A DNA stretch of 63,862 nt, the filler included, from Craspedostauros australis (Eukaryota): assembly GCA_030167865.1 (NCBI GenBank). It is 12 parts of 12 records of this genome, joined end to end, with 100 filler letters (N's around TTAATTAATTAA, not from the genome) between each part and the next. Parts side by side here need not be neighbours in the genome. Positions count along the whole stretch, not along the records: positions 1 to 16,582 come from JALAGF010001872.1; 11 more parts are not named here. One strand, given 5' to 3'. The notes under the pieces were generated by a model that did no database searches, was not told the origin of the DNA, and worked only from the letters and a program-made list of their open reading frames with translations. This document shows, piece after piece, positions 1 through 12,500 of this stretch. Each line of letters begins with the position of its first letter. Position 1 is the first letter of the stretch. Position numbers and translations under genes: made by a program.

Positions 1-86
1 ATTACAGTTACATTTTACATTTACAGTACCATTGACATCGGAACATTAATCTGCGACTGTTGCGTCTGCACTTCCGATTGAACATT

Positions 87-113
87 TGCAATGCAATGCA
101 ATGCAATGCAATG
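87..113 (+). repeat. (TGCAA)n pentanucleotide microsatellite downstream of the USP stop
   Basis: tgcaatgcaatgcaatgcaatgcaatg read directly. Confidence 0.85.
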
Positions 114-170
114 GAGTAGCTCGCACTCCACGAGCTGTCGCGGTCTCGCTTCCGCTCTCACTCTCAGTCT

Positions 171-3100
171 TTATTCCAACGTGCTGTACTTGGCGACATT
201 CGCAGGGGTGATTCGTCTCCTTCGGTAGAAGAGGACGTACGCCATTTCGGAAACAACATGCCGTGGAGGGATGGGCTCGACGAGGTCATCGTCGAACTGG
301 AGCCAGAGGGGTTCGGAAGAGTTGGCAGCCGCCTTCGATGCTGCTGCGGCGGTCGGTTTGTTCTGGTTGCCTGCAGTTTTGGACCAGCCAAGACGCCAAC
401 CCGACGGGACGTCGTTGTCCTCGCTTGGGATGACCGGCTTACCCACGCCGACGCCGTTGAAGTCGTGAGCGACCTCTTCGAAGCCATCGCGGCCGCAGGC
501 TGTTGCTTTGCACGTGGCGACGTAATGGCCTCCCGTCATGCTGCCGTAGTGATTGAGGACTCCAATCAAATCGTAGACGTATTCGTCACCATTGGCGCCA
601 GTCTGACGCACCGGCGATTCCTTGTGGCACCATTCCGTCATGTCCAACCCGGTCAGTGGGAAGTTGACCTTCATCGAGATCTTCTCCCTCCAGCGCGCAG
701 AGCAGTTGAATCGCTTGATGTGGAACGTGAGCAGGTCCGGCAGGCGCCAAAGCTCCAAATTCTGCTTGCCTTCACGGAAATCTCGGCACCGCGGGCACCT
801 CCAGTTGTCGTTGATGGATAGCTGCTGCACCTTGCAAAACTCCGTGAGACAAACACCGAGCTTCAGCCCACCATTGTTCATGGACTTTGCTGCCTGCTTC
901 TTCTTCTGAATCGCATCGTCCAAGATCTTCGCGCTGATTTGGTCGATTGCCAGCTTCGGTGCCGTGTACATGACGGGCGCATTCAAATAGTTCGACGGCT
1001 TGCCGTTGGTCGCCTTCTTGTCCGTCGGAGGTTCCCGCCATTGCAGCACCACGGTATGCTTCGAACTCATGTAATTCCCGATCGATCGCATCAACGAGAA
1101 TGGGAAGGCGACCTCGTCGTTGCCCCGACCGTTGACAGCGGCATCCACGGTGCATACCCTCATTTCGAACGGCAGCCTGTGGATGACCGCGTTCACCTTC
1201 TGCAAGAGCATCGAGGACATCTTTGTTGCATCGTAGCCGGGATTGCGGAATCTGTCCACCTCGATAGCAGGATCAGCATTCGGGTCAGGAGCCACACCGA
1301 GCGCGTACTGAACGTATTCGCGATCAACATCGATCAGCAGGTCGATCAGGTCCGATATCACCGCCTGCGTACGCTCGTACAGCCTGGTGGCCCTGGTGAG
1401 ATGTTCGGGCGAGCTTTCCTGCTTCATGTGATTCTCTTTCTCCGCGGACAGATGCAGAAAACGAGCCGCCTGTGCCAGAATTTGAGCCCCTGCTCTTGCC
1501 GTGGTCCAATCGTTGTGGCACTGCACGTAGAAGCTTTGCCCGAACAACGTATTGGCGCGCGTGACTCTGTCCGTGAACCGGTGATGCACCATGAACTCGG
1601 TTGGCTTCGGTCGTGGCACTGCATGCGAGTACAGCGGACGAACGTGGCCCTCTGTGAAGTGATCGATGCTGTAGGTTTCGTCCCACTTGGAGGAGAAGTT
1701 GTCGAAATGGACCCTGACCTTGAGCTTCTCGACCCCGCCGTCGTCATCGACGTCACCGCCAGCGCCTCCGGCCTCCTTGCCTTCCTTGTCGTCGGCTGCC
1801 CTCTCAATGATCTCGACAACGCTTCCCGGGAACCAATTCCCACGATGGTCGATGGCATCAACTCGCAGTCCAAGCTTGAGCTCGTCTTCCGTTCTGGGCC
1901 AAGTGCTGCGCGAAATGGCCTTCGCGACCGAAATCGTGGGCGTGTCGTACACGCGGCATTCTTCCGCGTTTCCATACACCTCGATGTGACGTTCCAGGTC
2001 GGACAGCTCGCGCCGCGATTTGGATGCCTGCTGCTCTTCTTCGTCGAGGTCATCTGCGCTGTCAGAAGAAATGTCATCGATGTCCTTGCTCAGCTCGACG
2101 GGACGAGGTCTCAGAGTGGTCTCGAACGCGACGATCAATGCTGGCCCGCTCTGCCCGGTCACCGCATCGTCGCCGTTTCCGCGTCGGATAAGCTGGCTGC
2201 AAGGCCCCTCCTTGTCTGTCAACGGCGTCACCTTGGTGTGTCGACGTATGACGGTGCCGTCATTCTTGCCCTTCGCCTCCACCTCCTCCGCACGACATAT
2301 CTTCAGTTTGGTTGCTGGGATACCGCACAGGTTCTGCAGCTGCAGCTTCAAGTCTCCACTGTCAGCCAGCCTTGAGAGCGCAATAACGTACTGCTCGATG
2401 ATGTACTGTTCCGACGGTGGTTTGGGGTCCTTGATGAGATCCCTTCGCACGAATCTCGTCCTAAATCGGTTGCCCTTGCGTGGTTTGTTCAAGATCCATG
2501 GTGTGTTGATCGCACTGGCACGTCGGACGACGTAGCATTGGAAGATGACGTTGGCGACCGTCGGGAATGGAACTGACAGGAGGTTGAAGGGATCGAAGTT
2601 TTTGCTGGAGAAATGGCACACTGGACATGTCACTGTGCTGAGAACCTGCCCCATGGCTACATCGGCCATGATCGATCGATTCCTTCGCAAAAACCTGTGA
2701 ACGCCAATCGATCGATGGAACATAAAATGGCGAGGAGCAGAATATTTCGATCAGTTTCACAGAAAGGGTTGCAATTGCACACGTACACACACGCGTGAAA
2801 TTGTGTGAGTTCCACGCACAGGCCACGATCGTTCAAATCAAAGGATGAGAGAGAAGAGTAGAACAGGATGGAGTAAACGGTGGAATGGAGAGAAGCAAAG
2901 TCAAGCGGAATAGAGTAGAGTAGAACGCAGTCCCATGTTTGCAATTCATGTGTGAGCGTGTAGATGTCGAATTCATGAGGGACACAAACGATAAACGACA
3001 AATGACCAATCGTATCAAGTTCAGGACATCAGATTCAACTATTTCTTCGTCAACACGTGTGCAAACCTCAAGGTGTACGAGCGCATGCATATCCCACACA

Positions 3101-6100
3101 AACATGCGCACTCCATTTGTGACAGCCACAGCGTGTCGCATCGTATCACGTACCTTCTCCATGCTTCGTCACCAACTCGTCGAAGGCTGCTGTTCTCCAC
3201 CCACTCATCTTCGAGGCCTTCCACGTACGGTTTGTTGCGCACTCGATTGCTGTCCTCGTGGAGGACGTCGAGCATGTAGTTAAGGTACTCCTGCGCATCC
3301 TGCTGGTCGGCGCCGGCGAACTGAGAGCAGGCCTTGCCGAGCTGCGATCGGAAACGGCTTGGTGACTTCTCACCGTGCTTGGACATCCACATTTGTCGAA
3401 GGAGCTCCACGAACACTTCCAGCAGCTTTCCGCCCGTTCCCAGCGGATTGTCCTGGTTGAGGTCGCCCTGAGCCTTGAACTGGCCACTGAGGAGGTACGA
3501 TCGAAGCAACGGCATGTAGCCGATGCACTGGATCGCTGAGTTGATGTAGCATGTGTTGCCAAGATTGGACAAGCCGCATGCACCGTAGCCCGGCAGCGCA
3601 CATGCCCTGCCGTTGGCCTCGTTCGCATCGGCCGCGACCTTCTTGACCTGCATCGCCTGGTACTTTGGCTTGGAATTGTTGCCATTGCCGCTTCCCTTCT
3701 TTCCGGTTGGCTCTGGAGCATCCTCCTGCTTGCCAAGGGTGAAACGCCCTGCTGCAGCCAACTGATCGCTCTCGACGTCGATCCACTGCTCGTGTCCGCC
3801 GTGCTCGGTGAAATCAACAAGAACCTCCTTCGATTCACTGGTGGGTCGGACCGCGCCACGTGGACTGATCGGTCCATCCTCCATGGAATCTTCGTCATCT
3901 TCATCCTCTTCGTCGGTCTCATGCGCGACGAGACGAACGCGAGCAATGTCAACCGGGTACCATCTGCCAGACGAATCCATAGCGTCGATGGACAGGCCAA
4001 CCAAATCGGGTGGGTTGGCCAATCTCTGCCCAGTGTTGTCAATGCCCTGCAGGAGCTGACGGAATTTCAGTTCGCTCTCCGCAAGGCGTTTCTCCAAACC
4101 GGCCTTTGCCGCTGCCTCTCGTGGCCACATGAATTCATCGCTGCGATTAAGGACGGCACACTCGATCATGAACTGATCGCCATCGGCGATGTCCATGCTC
4201 TCGATGGTTGCGTCGTCCGTGTACTCCAGCCAGTCCTTCTTCAGCTGTTCAAAGTTTTCTGATATTTCGGTGTACATGTTCTGTACTGGCAGGATGGCGA
4301 AACGGTTCTTGCAGAGCAACGCCCACGGACCGTACCTCGCCATGGCATCTTTCGCGCTTGCCGGTTCCGTCCGCTTCCATAATCTGGCGCGGCCTCTTCC
4401 GGTGGTGTTGAAGCTCTGGTACAGATGGAATGGCAAACGCGTGATGAGTTCTGCATAGAAACGCCAGAGGGGTTGGTTCGGCATGACCATGACGCGGATG
4501 GACATGGGACCGGCATCGCCTCGTCGGTACGGCTGCTGTGGATCGCAGAGATGAACATGAAGGACCCAGGGGTGTGTGCAAATGCTGAGATGCTGTGGCA
4601 AACGCGCGACGCGGCCGTTGGCCTTCGTTTCTCCCGCCGCCATCCCGTCAAAGTCGTCGACGGTGGTTGCGATTTTGAGCTCGACGTCGCCGTTGGGACC
4701 GGGGAGGTTTTGGGTGACTCTTGGTCCATTTGATTGTTGCTGTCGCTGTCGCTGTCGCTGTTGTTCTTCTGGTAGGGCGCTGCTTGGAATGGCAATTCTC
4801 GGCAACGGAGGTCCGCCTCCATACATTTCGTAGAGCGCATCCCACACAGGCGGTGGGACGAGCACGAAGTCGACGTCCCTGCGCAATCCCGGGCGCATCT
4901 GCTCGTAGGATCCCATCGTGCCTGGCACGAAGGTATCGCCAGAGCGATCCAGCAAGCGTTCCGTGGAAATCTCGCTGGGCCGTTCTCGCAGCAGCTGGCG
5001 GGTTTCCCGCGCTGAGTCGGGATCGTCTGCCCACGACCAGCCGACGAATTGAATCCAGTTGTCCCACCACTTTTTGTCGATTGCGTACATGATGCCTGTC
5101 CCCATCGCTCCCAGGCCGTCGACGCCACCGATTCCTCCGAACACATTTGGCACGATGAAATTATCTGCGCCGCCGGACTTGTTCCCGTTGCTGCTGCTGT
5201 TTCCTCTTCTATGCCCGCTGCTGCTGCCGTTGCTGTAGCTGTTGTGGTTGCTGTTGCTGCCGTTGGTCTTTGGAGCCGCGATGTCAGCACCGGACATGCC
5301 TGGCTGGCGCCAGATCTTCCCTTCGATGTTTTCCCATTCGTGCCACCTCGTCTTGACCATGTCGTATTCGAGCTGTCTGTCGGGCAGGACGCCGGTGGCG
5401 AAGATGCGGTCCATGATGACATCCAACGCAACGTCGTTGAGGGCGGATTCCGCGAGTTGACAAAACCTGACCATGTCGATTCTGGATCCGTCCGCTGTGC
5501 CTGACGATCCCATCGCCTCCAGCAGTCCATTCCACTGACCTTCGAGATCGATGTGGAGGCCGGAGGAGTAGGGTGACTGCGTGCCGTTGTTGGTACCATC
5601 GAAGCTGCTGTTGCTGGATGCGCTGGAGGCGGAGACCTCGCTGGTGGAGCTGAACTTGGCTGTGGGTAGCGGTACTAACTTGACGGCGGTGCTGTGCAGC
5701 TGTTCCATGACCTCCGACTTTTTGAATTTATTGGCTCCCGCGGAGGCGGCGTGGTCGCTGCCGTTGGCTTCCTTGTGGTTGCTTCCCCTTCTGATGAGGC
5801 CGAGAGATGGTGTCTTGCGAACTGGAGACTGCGGTCCATCCTTCCCGTTGAACGCTGGACTGCCGGGACCGGATGATGCGAATGCGCTGCTGAGCGGTGT
5901 TATCTTCGCCCTGCGTTTTGGTTTTGATCTTAGCAATGATTGCAGGATGTGGTTTGCGTGGAGGGCGTCAACGGAGAGGGCGGTGGAGGCAGAGGAGTCC
6001 ACATCCGGCGATGTGGATGGGATGTTGGGGCTGCGCTTGCGACCTGGCAGGAATACGTCGCCGTAGATGTGATAGTGCGAAAGGCTGGAAATGCTAATGA

Positions 6101-7572
6101 CGGTGGAGCTGCCTACCTCGAGCAACCAGGTGGGTACGCCGCCAGCTGGATGCGCCTGAAGGAAAGCAAGCAGAGTCTCGGGCGGTAGCAGGAGGTAGAA
6201 CAGCAGCTGCAGTCGTTGCGTCCGCGAACCTCCTGCGAAATGGATGCGTTGCATGAGTATGGTTGTTGTTGTTGTGCAAATGGTGATGAAAGCGAAATTG
6301 CAGAAGCAACATGTGAGTGATGGATGCATGACAACGACATAAAATGCAACATGATATGAAAAGAAACAGACATGATGTGACGTTGACAACATAGTGGTGA
6401 CATTGTAACTCACTCAAGGCCAATGCGACGAGGAACGCCAAGGAGGAGAGGGAAGCACCATGCGGGAAAACGAATGGTTCGGCAATGGGCAGCGAAGGCA
6501 CCGGCCTTGCCTGCAGCATGGCATCCGTCGGCATTTTGATGAGCTTGTTGACATCCATCTCCAATCCCGCCTCCATCGCGTCGTCCTTGGCGATCTTTGC
6601 CACGGTGTCCCAGATGTCGTTGTTGAGGAATAGCATGAGGATGTAGGCATTTTCCGTGGGGTTGCAGGCGGGTGTGAGGTCGGCGGGTATCGTGGGCAGG
6701 ACCTTCTTGATGACGGCGGCTGTGAGGAGGTGGTGGCGGTCCGCGACGAGACGTGCTTCCGCATCCGAGGCATCCTGGAAGGAGTAGGTTCTGTTGGTGG
6801 CACCGCCGTTGGCGTCGCCCTTGTCGCTGTTGGCGTTGCTGGTGGCGGAATTGAGGATGCGTCCCACGCGCGTGGCGGCGCCGTTGGAGGTGTTTGACTT
6901 TCCCTTTGGCAGGGATCGCACGACCTTGCGAACCTTGCGCTGCAGGAAGGTGAGCTCCGTGGTGGTGAGGTTGTTGGTGGTCTGCGCCATGAGATCATCG
7001 AGCGTGGCATGCACGTCTGTCGGATCCAGGAGGCTGGCAGAGAACGCCTTCCAGAGCGCCATCCAATGCGGATCATCCTTGGGCGTGGGTGTGGAGGAGT
7101 TGATGCTGCTGTCGTTGAAGGTGGTGGGATGGATGTGCAGGCTCTCGAAGCCGCCGCCCAGACCGCCTGTGGGGATGGAGAGTCCGTCGATGTGGCCTTT
7201 CCCGCTGCCGTTGGGCATTCCCTTGCCGCTGCTCGCGGAGATTCCCGCAGAGCCGTCTCCCTTGGTGATGCCCTTGGTGTTGCCCTTGCTGCCTCCTTTG
7301 TTCCGTCGGCCCTTTTTGCTGGAGGCAGCAGATATGGAGCCTTCCGAGTTGGCCCGTCTGTAGGATCGTCGCTTGGCGACCGGTTGCCTCGAAGCCTCCC
7401 TCTGGATGCCGTTGGCGCCGCTGTATGCGGAGGACGACGCTGCTCTCTGTCCTCCTGCCGAGCCTCCTGCTTTGTTCGATCTGGATCCGTTGCTGCCTGA
7501 TTTGCCGGCCTTTCCGCCCGTCTGACCAACGCCATCATCCAAGGCGTGCTTCGAAGGACCTCCGCACCCCAT
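171..7572 (-). CDS. Ubiquitin carboxyl-terminal hydrolase (USP/peptidase C19; USP4/15/32-like), 3 exons: 7572-6414, 6232-3154, 2694-171
   Basis: Cys box GLSNLGNTCYINSAIQC, QQDAQEYL, CPVC/CPRC Zn motifs, LPDLLTFHIKRF, His box YDLIGVLNHYGSMTGGHYVA, WLQFDD; DUSP-like YAIDKKWWDNW...DFVLVPPPVWDALYEMYGGGP. GT..AG introns 6413-6233 (GTGAGT...TTTCGCAG) and 3153-2695 (GTACGT...TCACAG) join the three ORFs in frame (..ALR/GSRTQ.., ..AWRR/FLRR..). Confidence 0.93.
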
Positions 7573-9574
7573 GATTCAGCTCTTATCGTGTGTTGTGCAG
7601 GTATAATACTTGTCTAGAGAGGAGAGAAAGGTGTATAGTATGCTTGTGCACTTGTATGATTGAGTGCTTGTTCACTTGTATGATTGTCTGCTTGAGTGTG
7701 TTTGGTGGGAAGTTGGGGGAAGGCCCTCAGCTGCTTCTTTCTGTGGTGCTGTCTGTGGTGCTGTTCTCAAACGTTGCTTGATCCTGTGGAATCCCGTTGA
7801 GTTGTGCTGAGTTGCGTTGAGTTGTGCTGGGTTCAGCCTGAGTCTTGGTCTGTTTGATGTCTGAGATGTTCGGATGCGCGCGCAGTGGGAACACCAATGA
7901 AAGAGTTTCGCACAGATTGCTTTGCTCAACGCTGCTCAACTCTGCTCAATCTGATTCTCCTCTTGATCGGCAACACCCTCTTGTGCACAAGGGATGATGT
8001 CACACAAATGCTAGTTACAACGCAACGCAATGCAATGTGCTATCTGCAGGTGCCAAGTGTTGCGATGTGATGAATGCAATCTCCCGCGATAACACGCGCA
8101 GCGCTTCGCCTCAGACTTGCTTTGTTTTGCGGCTGGTGCTCACGATCTGCAAGATCCTTTCGCAGATGCGATCAACGCAAGCGCGATCGATGCGAGTGTT
8201 GTCAATCGAAGGATGGTGCCGCGATTGCTCCTTCTTTTGTCTTCACCTCTTGCTCTCTCTTCGACTTGCTTCCGAAGCAGAAGGAGCCAAGATCAAGACT
8301 CGCTGAGCACGAACGGGTGCCTGTGTGGGTGGAACTCGTTGGAACCAACGATGTCGATGTTGGTGATGGTAGCAGTGATGTTGGTGCCAAACAGAGAGGA
8401 GAGAGCAGGAGAGGCCAAATCGCTGCGCCACCCTGCCAGTTGCGAGTTCCATAGCTCGTGGGTGCACGTTCGCTGTCTTGGAAAGGTAGCGAAACCAGGA
8501 ACGGTGATGTGTTTGCAGCATTTGTCGCGGTCAACAACTGCGTGCTCCCGCGCCGCGCTTTGTCACGTCGCGCCATGTCCGCTTCCGTTGGGACTTTCCC
8601 AGTTCGGGCAATTCGCCAGCGTTTTGCCTTGTCCGCGTTTTCTCTCGTGCTTTCTTCGTGTTTCTGCGTCTCCGCATGTCGTCACCGTGTCTGTTGGATT
8701 GGGTCGTGTGTCTCAATTGAGGTCTATACAAGTACTATCGATCCGTTGCACAGATTCATCCGCTTCTTGTTGTGGTCGAGTGAATCCAACACGCACAACA
8801 CTCATCTTCCGTTGGGGTCTCCAGACGCGGACTGTGACGTGTCAGCATTCGGCATGCTCGTCACAATCGTCCAATCAAAACCCTCCATTCCAAACGGCAC
8901 TTCCCTCCTGTTGAGTCGCATTTCGAAGTGAAACGCTGGGGAAAGCCAATTCGATGTCACTCTGTCTGTTTGTCCGACATTCACGTGATGTGGTTACCGT
9001 GCGATATACAACAAGTTTCGATTCATGTCTGTCCGAGCCAAGTGCAGTTGGTGATTCCCGTTCGATTCATGCGATTCATATAACGGTCGAACCAACATGT
9101 CAGTTTGTGAAATCAAATTTTGAATTCGTCGCAATGACACCGCCAGTCTGTCAATTCTCCATGTGACAGCGCCTGTCGCGCTCGTACCAGCCATCTCGTC
9201 GGCTCCGTTTTTCTCGCCTTCCTCACAAAAGGTGCTTGTTTTCGTGGCTTTTGTTCTTCGTTCGAAACGTCCACACTCATGCGCCTACTCTGGCGTTGCC
9301 AATACTGGTGTTTGTTCATTGGTGGGGGTGGTGGTGGTGGTGGTGGTGTCACTGTGGATGATGGCACCGTGGATGGCGGCACCACGGATGGCGGCATTCA
9401 AAACGCTTGTTGCCAACAATGCATCACAAACCCACAATCCATCCCATGTACATACATACACCATCGCAATAGTCCAATCATATTTCATTACATTATAGAA
9501 TTGGGACGAAGAGGTACCATTCACACTCATCATCCCATACCTGCGCAAAGCGAAAACGGCGCAGCTCGTAGACG

Positions 9575-12500
9575 ATGATGAGGCTGTCAAGGAAGAAGAA
9601 GCATCAGCACCATGGCGATGGCGATGGCGATGGCGATGGCCACAATGGCGACGATGGCGCCGCTGATCGTGGAGGTTTCGTCGGCCCTCATGGAAGGAAT
9701 GCAATTCCATCCACGCCAAACCAACGACGCAACGCCCTGCCAACCAACCCAAGCACCACCAATCTGGGACCAAGCCGATCTCCCATGTTCCAGCATGAGG
9801 CCAACATCGACCTCGGAGACGAGTCTCTCGTGGGCTTTGCGGATGCTGCAAGCGGGTTCGGGAGCATGAGCAACGTCAACTCTCACGGCTACAGCGAAAG
9901 TGAAAGCGAATTCGAGGACAGCACCGCCTTCGGAGGCCGCAGATCGACGCAGCACAGATCCAGCTTGCGCAGCAGTGGTCGAGATGCGGTGCATGCCGCA
10001 GGGCGTTCCAGTCTGCACTCCGACGTCAGCAGGACCAAGGACTTGGCGCAAGGCAACCCCATCACACCGATGGCCACGATGGAGGCCGTGCCTTTGACGC
10101 CCGAAGGCAAAGAAGTGCCACGCCATGCCGACCTCAAACCAGCAGATCTGGCCAGGAATCGGCATCATCACAACCATCATCACGCAACCCATCAGGCTCA
10201 ACGTCAGGTTGGGCACCAGGCTGGGCATCACGATGAAGAAGGCTTGGCCAATAGTAATGGCAATGGTAACGGCAATGGCAATGGTAACGGCAACAGCTAC
10301 AAACGAGGTGGCAATGCTGCCGACAAGGGCATTGCCCAATTCAACAACGGAGGATATGCAGTTGATGATATTGACGATATTGATGCTGCTGATGCGGACC
10401 ATTCGCAGGATAGCAGCGTGCCATCATTCATCCCATCACACTACGGCGTCACACGAACACCGCAAACCAAGAGGGTTGGTCGCATGCAGGTTCAATCGCC
10501 GGCAGACTCTTCACAGTTCTCTGACAGCGCGAACAGCAATCCGACAGTGACCAGCAGCCGCAGCGGTACCAAGTCGTACATGTCCTACCGCTCATCCACG
10601 AGCCTCTCCATTCTGCACGGTGAGGTCATTGGAGGCCCGGGTGCGATCACTCCAGCCCGCCATCACGCACAAAGACAGCAGGCACGAGCTAACGCCTATT
10701 CCATGAACACCGATGAATCTTCTGCCTTGCCACTGGAGGGCATGGAGATTGGTGGCCGATTCAGTTCTGCCTCACGAACCAAGCAGCAACAGCAACAACT
10801 ACAACTGCAACCACAACAACATCGACATCATGAACAGTACGAGCACAAACATGCATCATCGCAGATCTCAATCCAGTCGGGCGCTGACCATGGCATCGGT
10901 CACGATGACAAGACCGGCGGCAGCACCCAGGGCCTTTCGGCAGTGTTCCAGCAAGGAAACTTCATGCGGCACATCAAGAACAAGTCAGCGTACATCTCCA
11001 GGACGACGCGGCAGCATCTGAGCCAAGTATTCGGTTCGCTCGGATCCACCAACGCCCGCAGGCTTGGTAACACCTACGTCCCACCACCTCCATCACCGGG
11101 AGCTGGGATGGTGAACGACCTCAAGACACTCAGAGCGAGGCATCAGGAGAAGCTGGGGCCGTGGCAGAATGATCCGGAGAGGAATTTCGAAAGACAGCAG
11201 TACTATGACTTTTGCATCATCCTCACGCCGCAGGAGTCCTACAGGTACTGGTCGGAGCTCCTTGATTTCCGCGTCGAGCACCTCGGTGAGGATGGCGATG
11301 GTGACATTTCCAAGACCATGTCCCTGCAGAACATCTGCTCCCTGGAAACATGCTCCACCAGATCCTCCGACGACTCCGAAGCGTCGTACGGGAAGTACAT
11401 CCAGAGCCAGCACCTCCAGATGCAGAATGAAACCACGGCGTTGCAAAGTCCGATGAAATCTCCGGATTACGCAACCCCAAACACCGGCATCCATCGCAGA
11501 AGAGGTGGTGGCAGCGATAGGAAGAACCGAACGCCGAAGAGCCCCATCTTCATGGACCTCGAGACTCCGCCACCACCACATTCCTCGTCAAGACGAGTGT
11601 CCACGTCGACTTTCACCAGGAACCCAAAGCGACTCTCTATGTTTGAAAAGGCAGTTGTCAGCCCCGTCGATGGAGATGCTCTGAACAATTCCGGCCTGCC
11701 CATCAACACTCCAGGTGAGAACTTTCGCAAGTCCATGGGACCCCGCCCATCGATGTCTTCCGCACGGCGACGATGGGGCAACAGAACCATCGGCGAAGCC
11801 GCCAATCGATTGTCCCCACCGGTCCATTCCTTGACCAGGGGCAACTTCACCAAGAAGAAGCTGCCAATCAACTCGACGCCAGTGGCAAAGGAAGATCCCC
11901 TGTGCGAGATGGAGTCTGCCACGCCAATTCAAAATGATGAGAACAGGAACCCGAATGAGCTGCGTATCGACGAGATTCCCAATCACGTGATCCCCAGAGG
12001 CATTGCCGCACGCACCAATGGCATGCTCCAGTTCCTGTCGGCCCTGAAGCGCGGCATCGTCGTGCGCCGTCACCGTCCCAACAAGACGGCCATATACTGC
12101 AAGATCTTCTCCACCGATGATGGCGACACCATCCAGCACCAGCTCATCGATGCATCTGAGGCCATGGTGGGATTCAAGGAGCAGCGCATCAGGTACAATC
12201 GGAATATCGGAAACTCTTCCGACCCCATCGCCATCCGTGGCATCACGAAGGAATGGGCCTGCCTCGATCAGCCCGACAGCAATGATACGTCGATTCACAA
12301 GTTCGCCGTCCCCGACCACGTCGCGGCACAGCGTTACCGTGACAAGATCAAGCAGAACAATGGAGCCCGGCGCCTCGCGCAGGTCTCCATCAAGGCCGCC
12401 AACAGCGGCATTGTGCGAACGTCCGACGTCGTTGCCGTCCACCCAGCGCAGCATCCCGACCCTCGGTCACGACGCAACGAGCTCGGATCGGCGACGCTGC

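Noticed and set aside
939..2375. Long antisense ORFs (also 14321-15673, 57270-58034, 60188-61429)
   Set aside because: Antisense shadows of GC3-rich genes; no recognisable motifs.
8117..8914. 265-aa ORF in the USP/anoctamin intergenic region (likewise 54445-55344)
   Set aside because: Non-ATG starts, Cys/Arg/Ser-rich random-like composition, no motifs.
9321..9400. (GGT)n and 15-bp repeats upstream of the anoctamin; similar short repeats at 7640-7830
   Set aside because: Ordinary low-complexity UTR/promoter repeats, common throughout this sequence.
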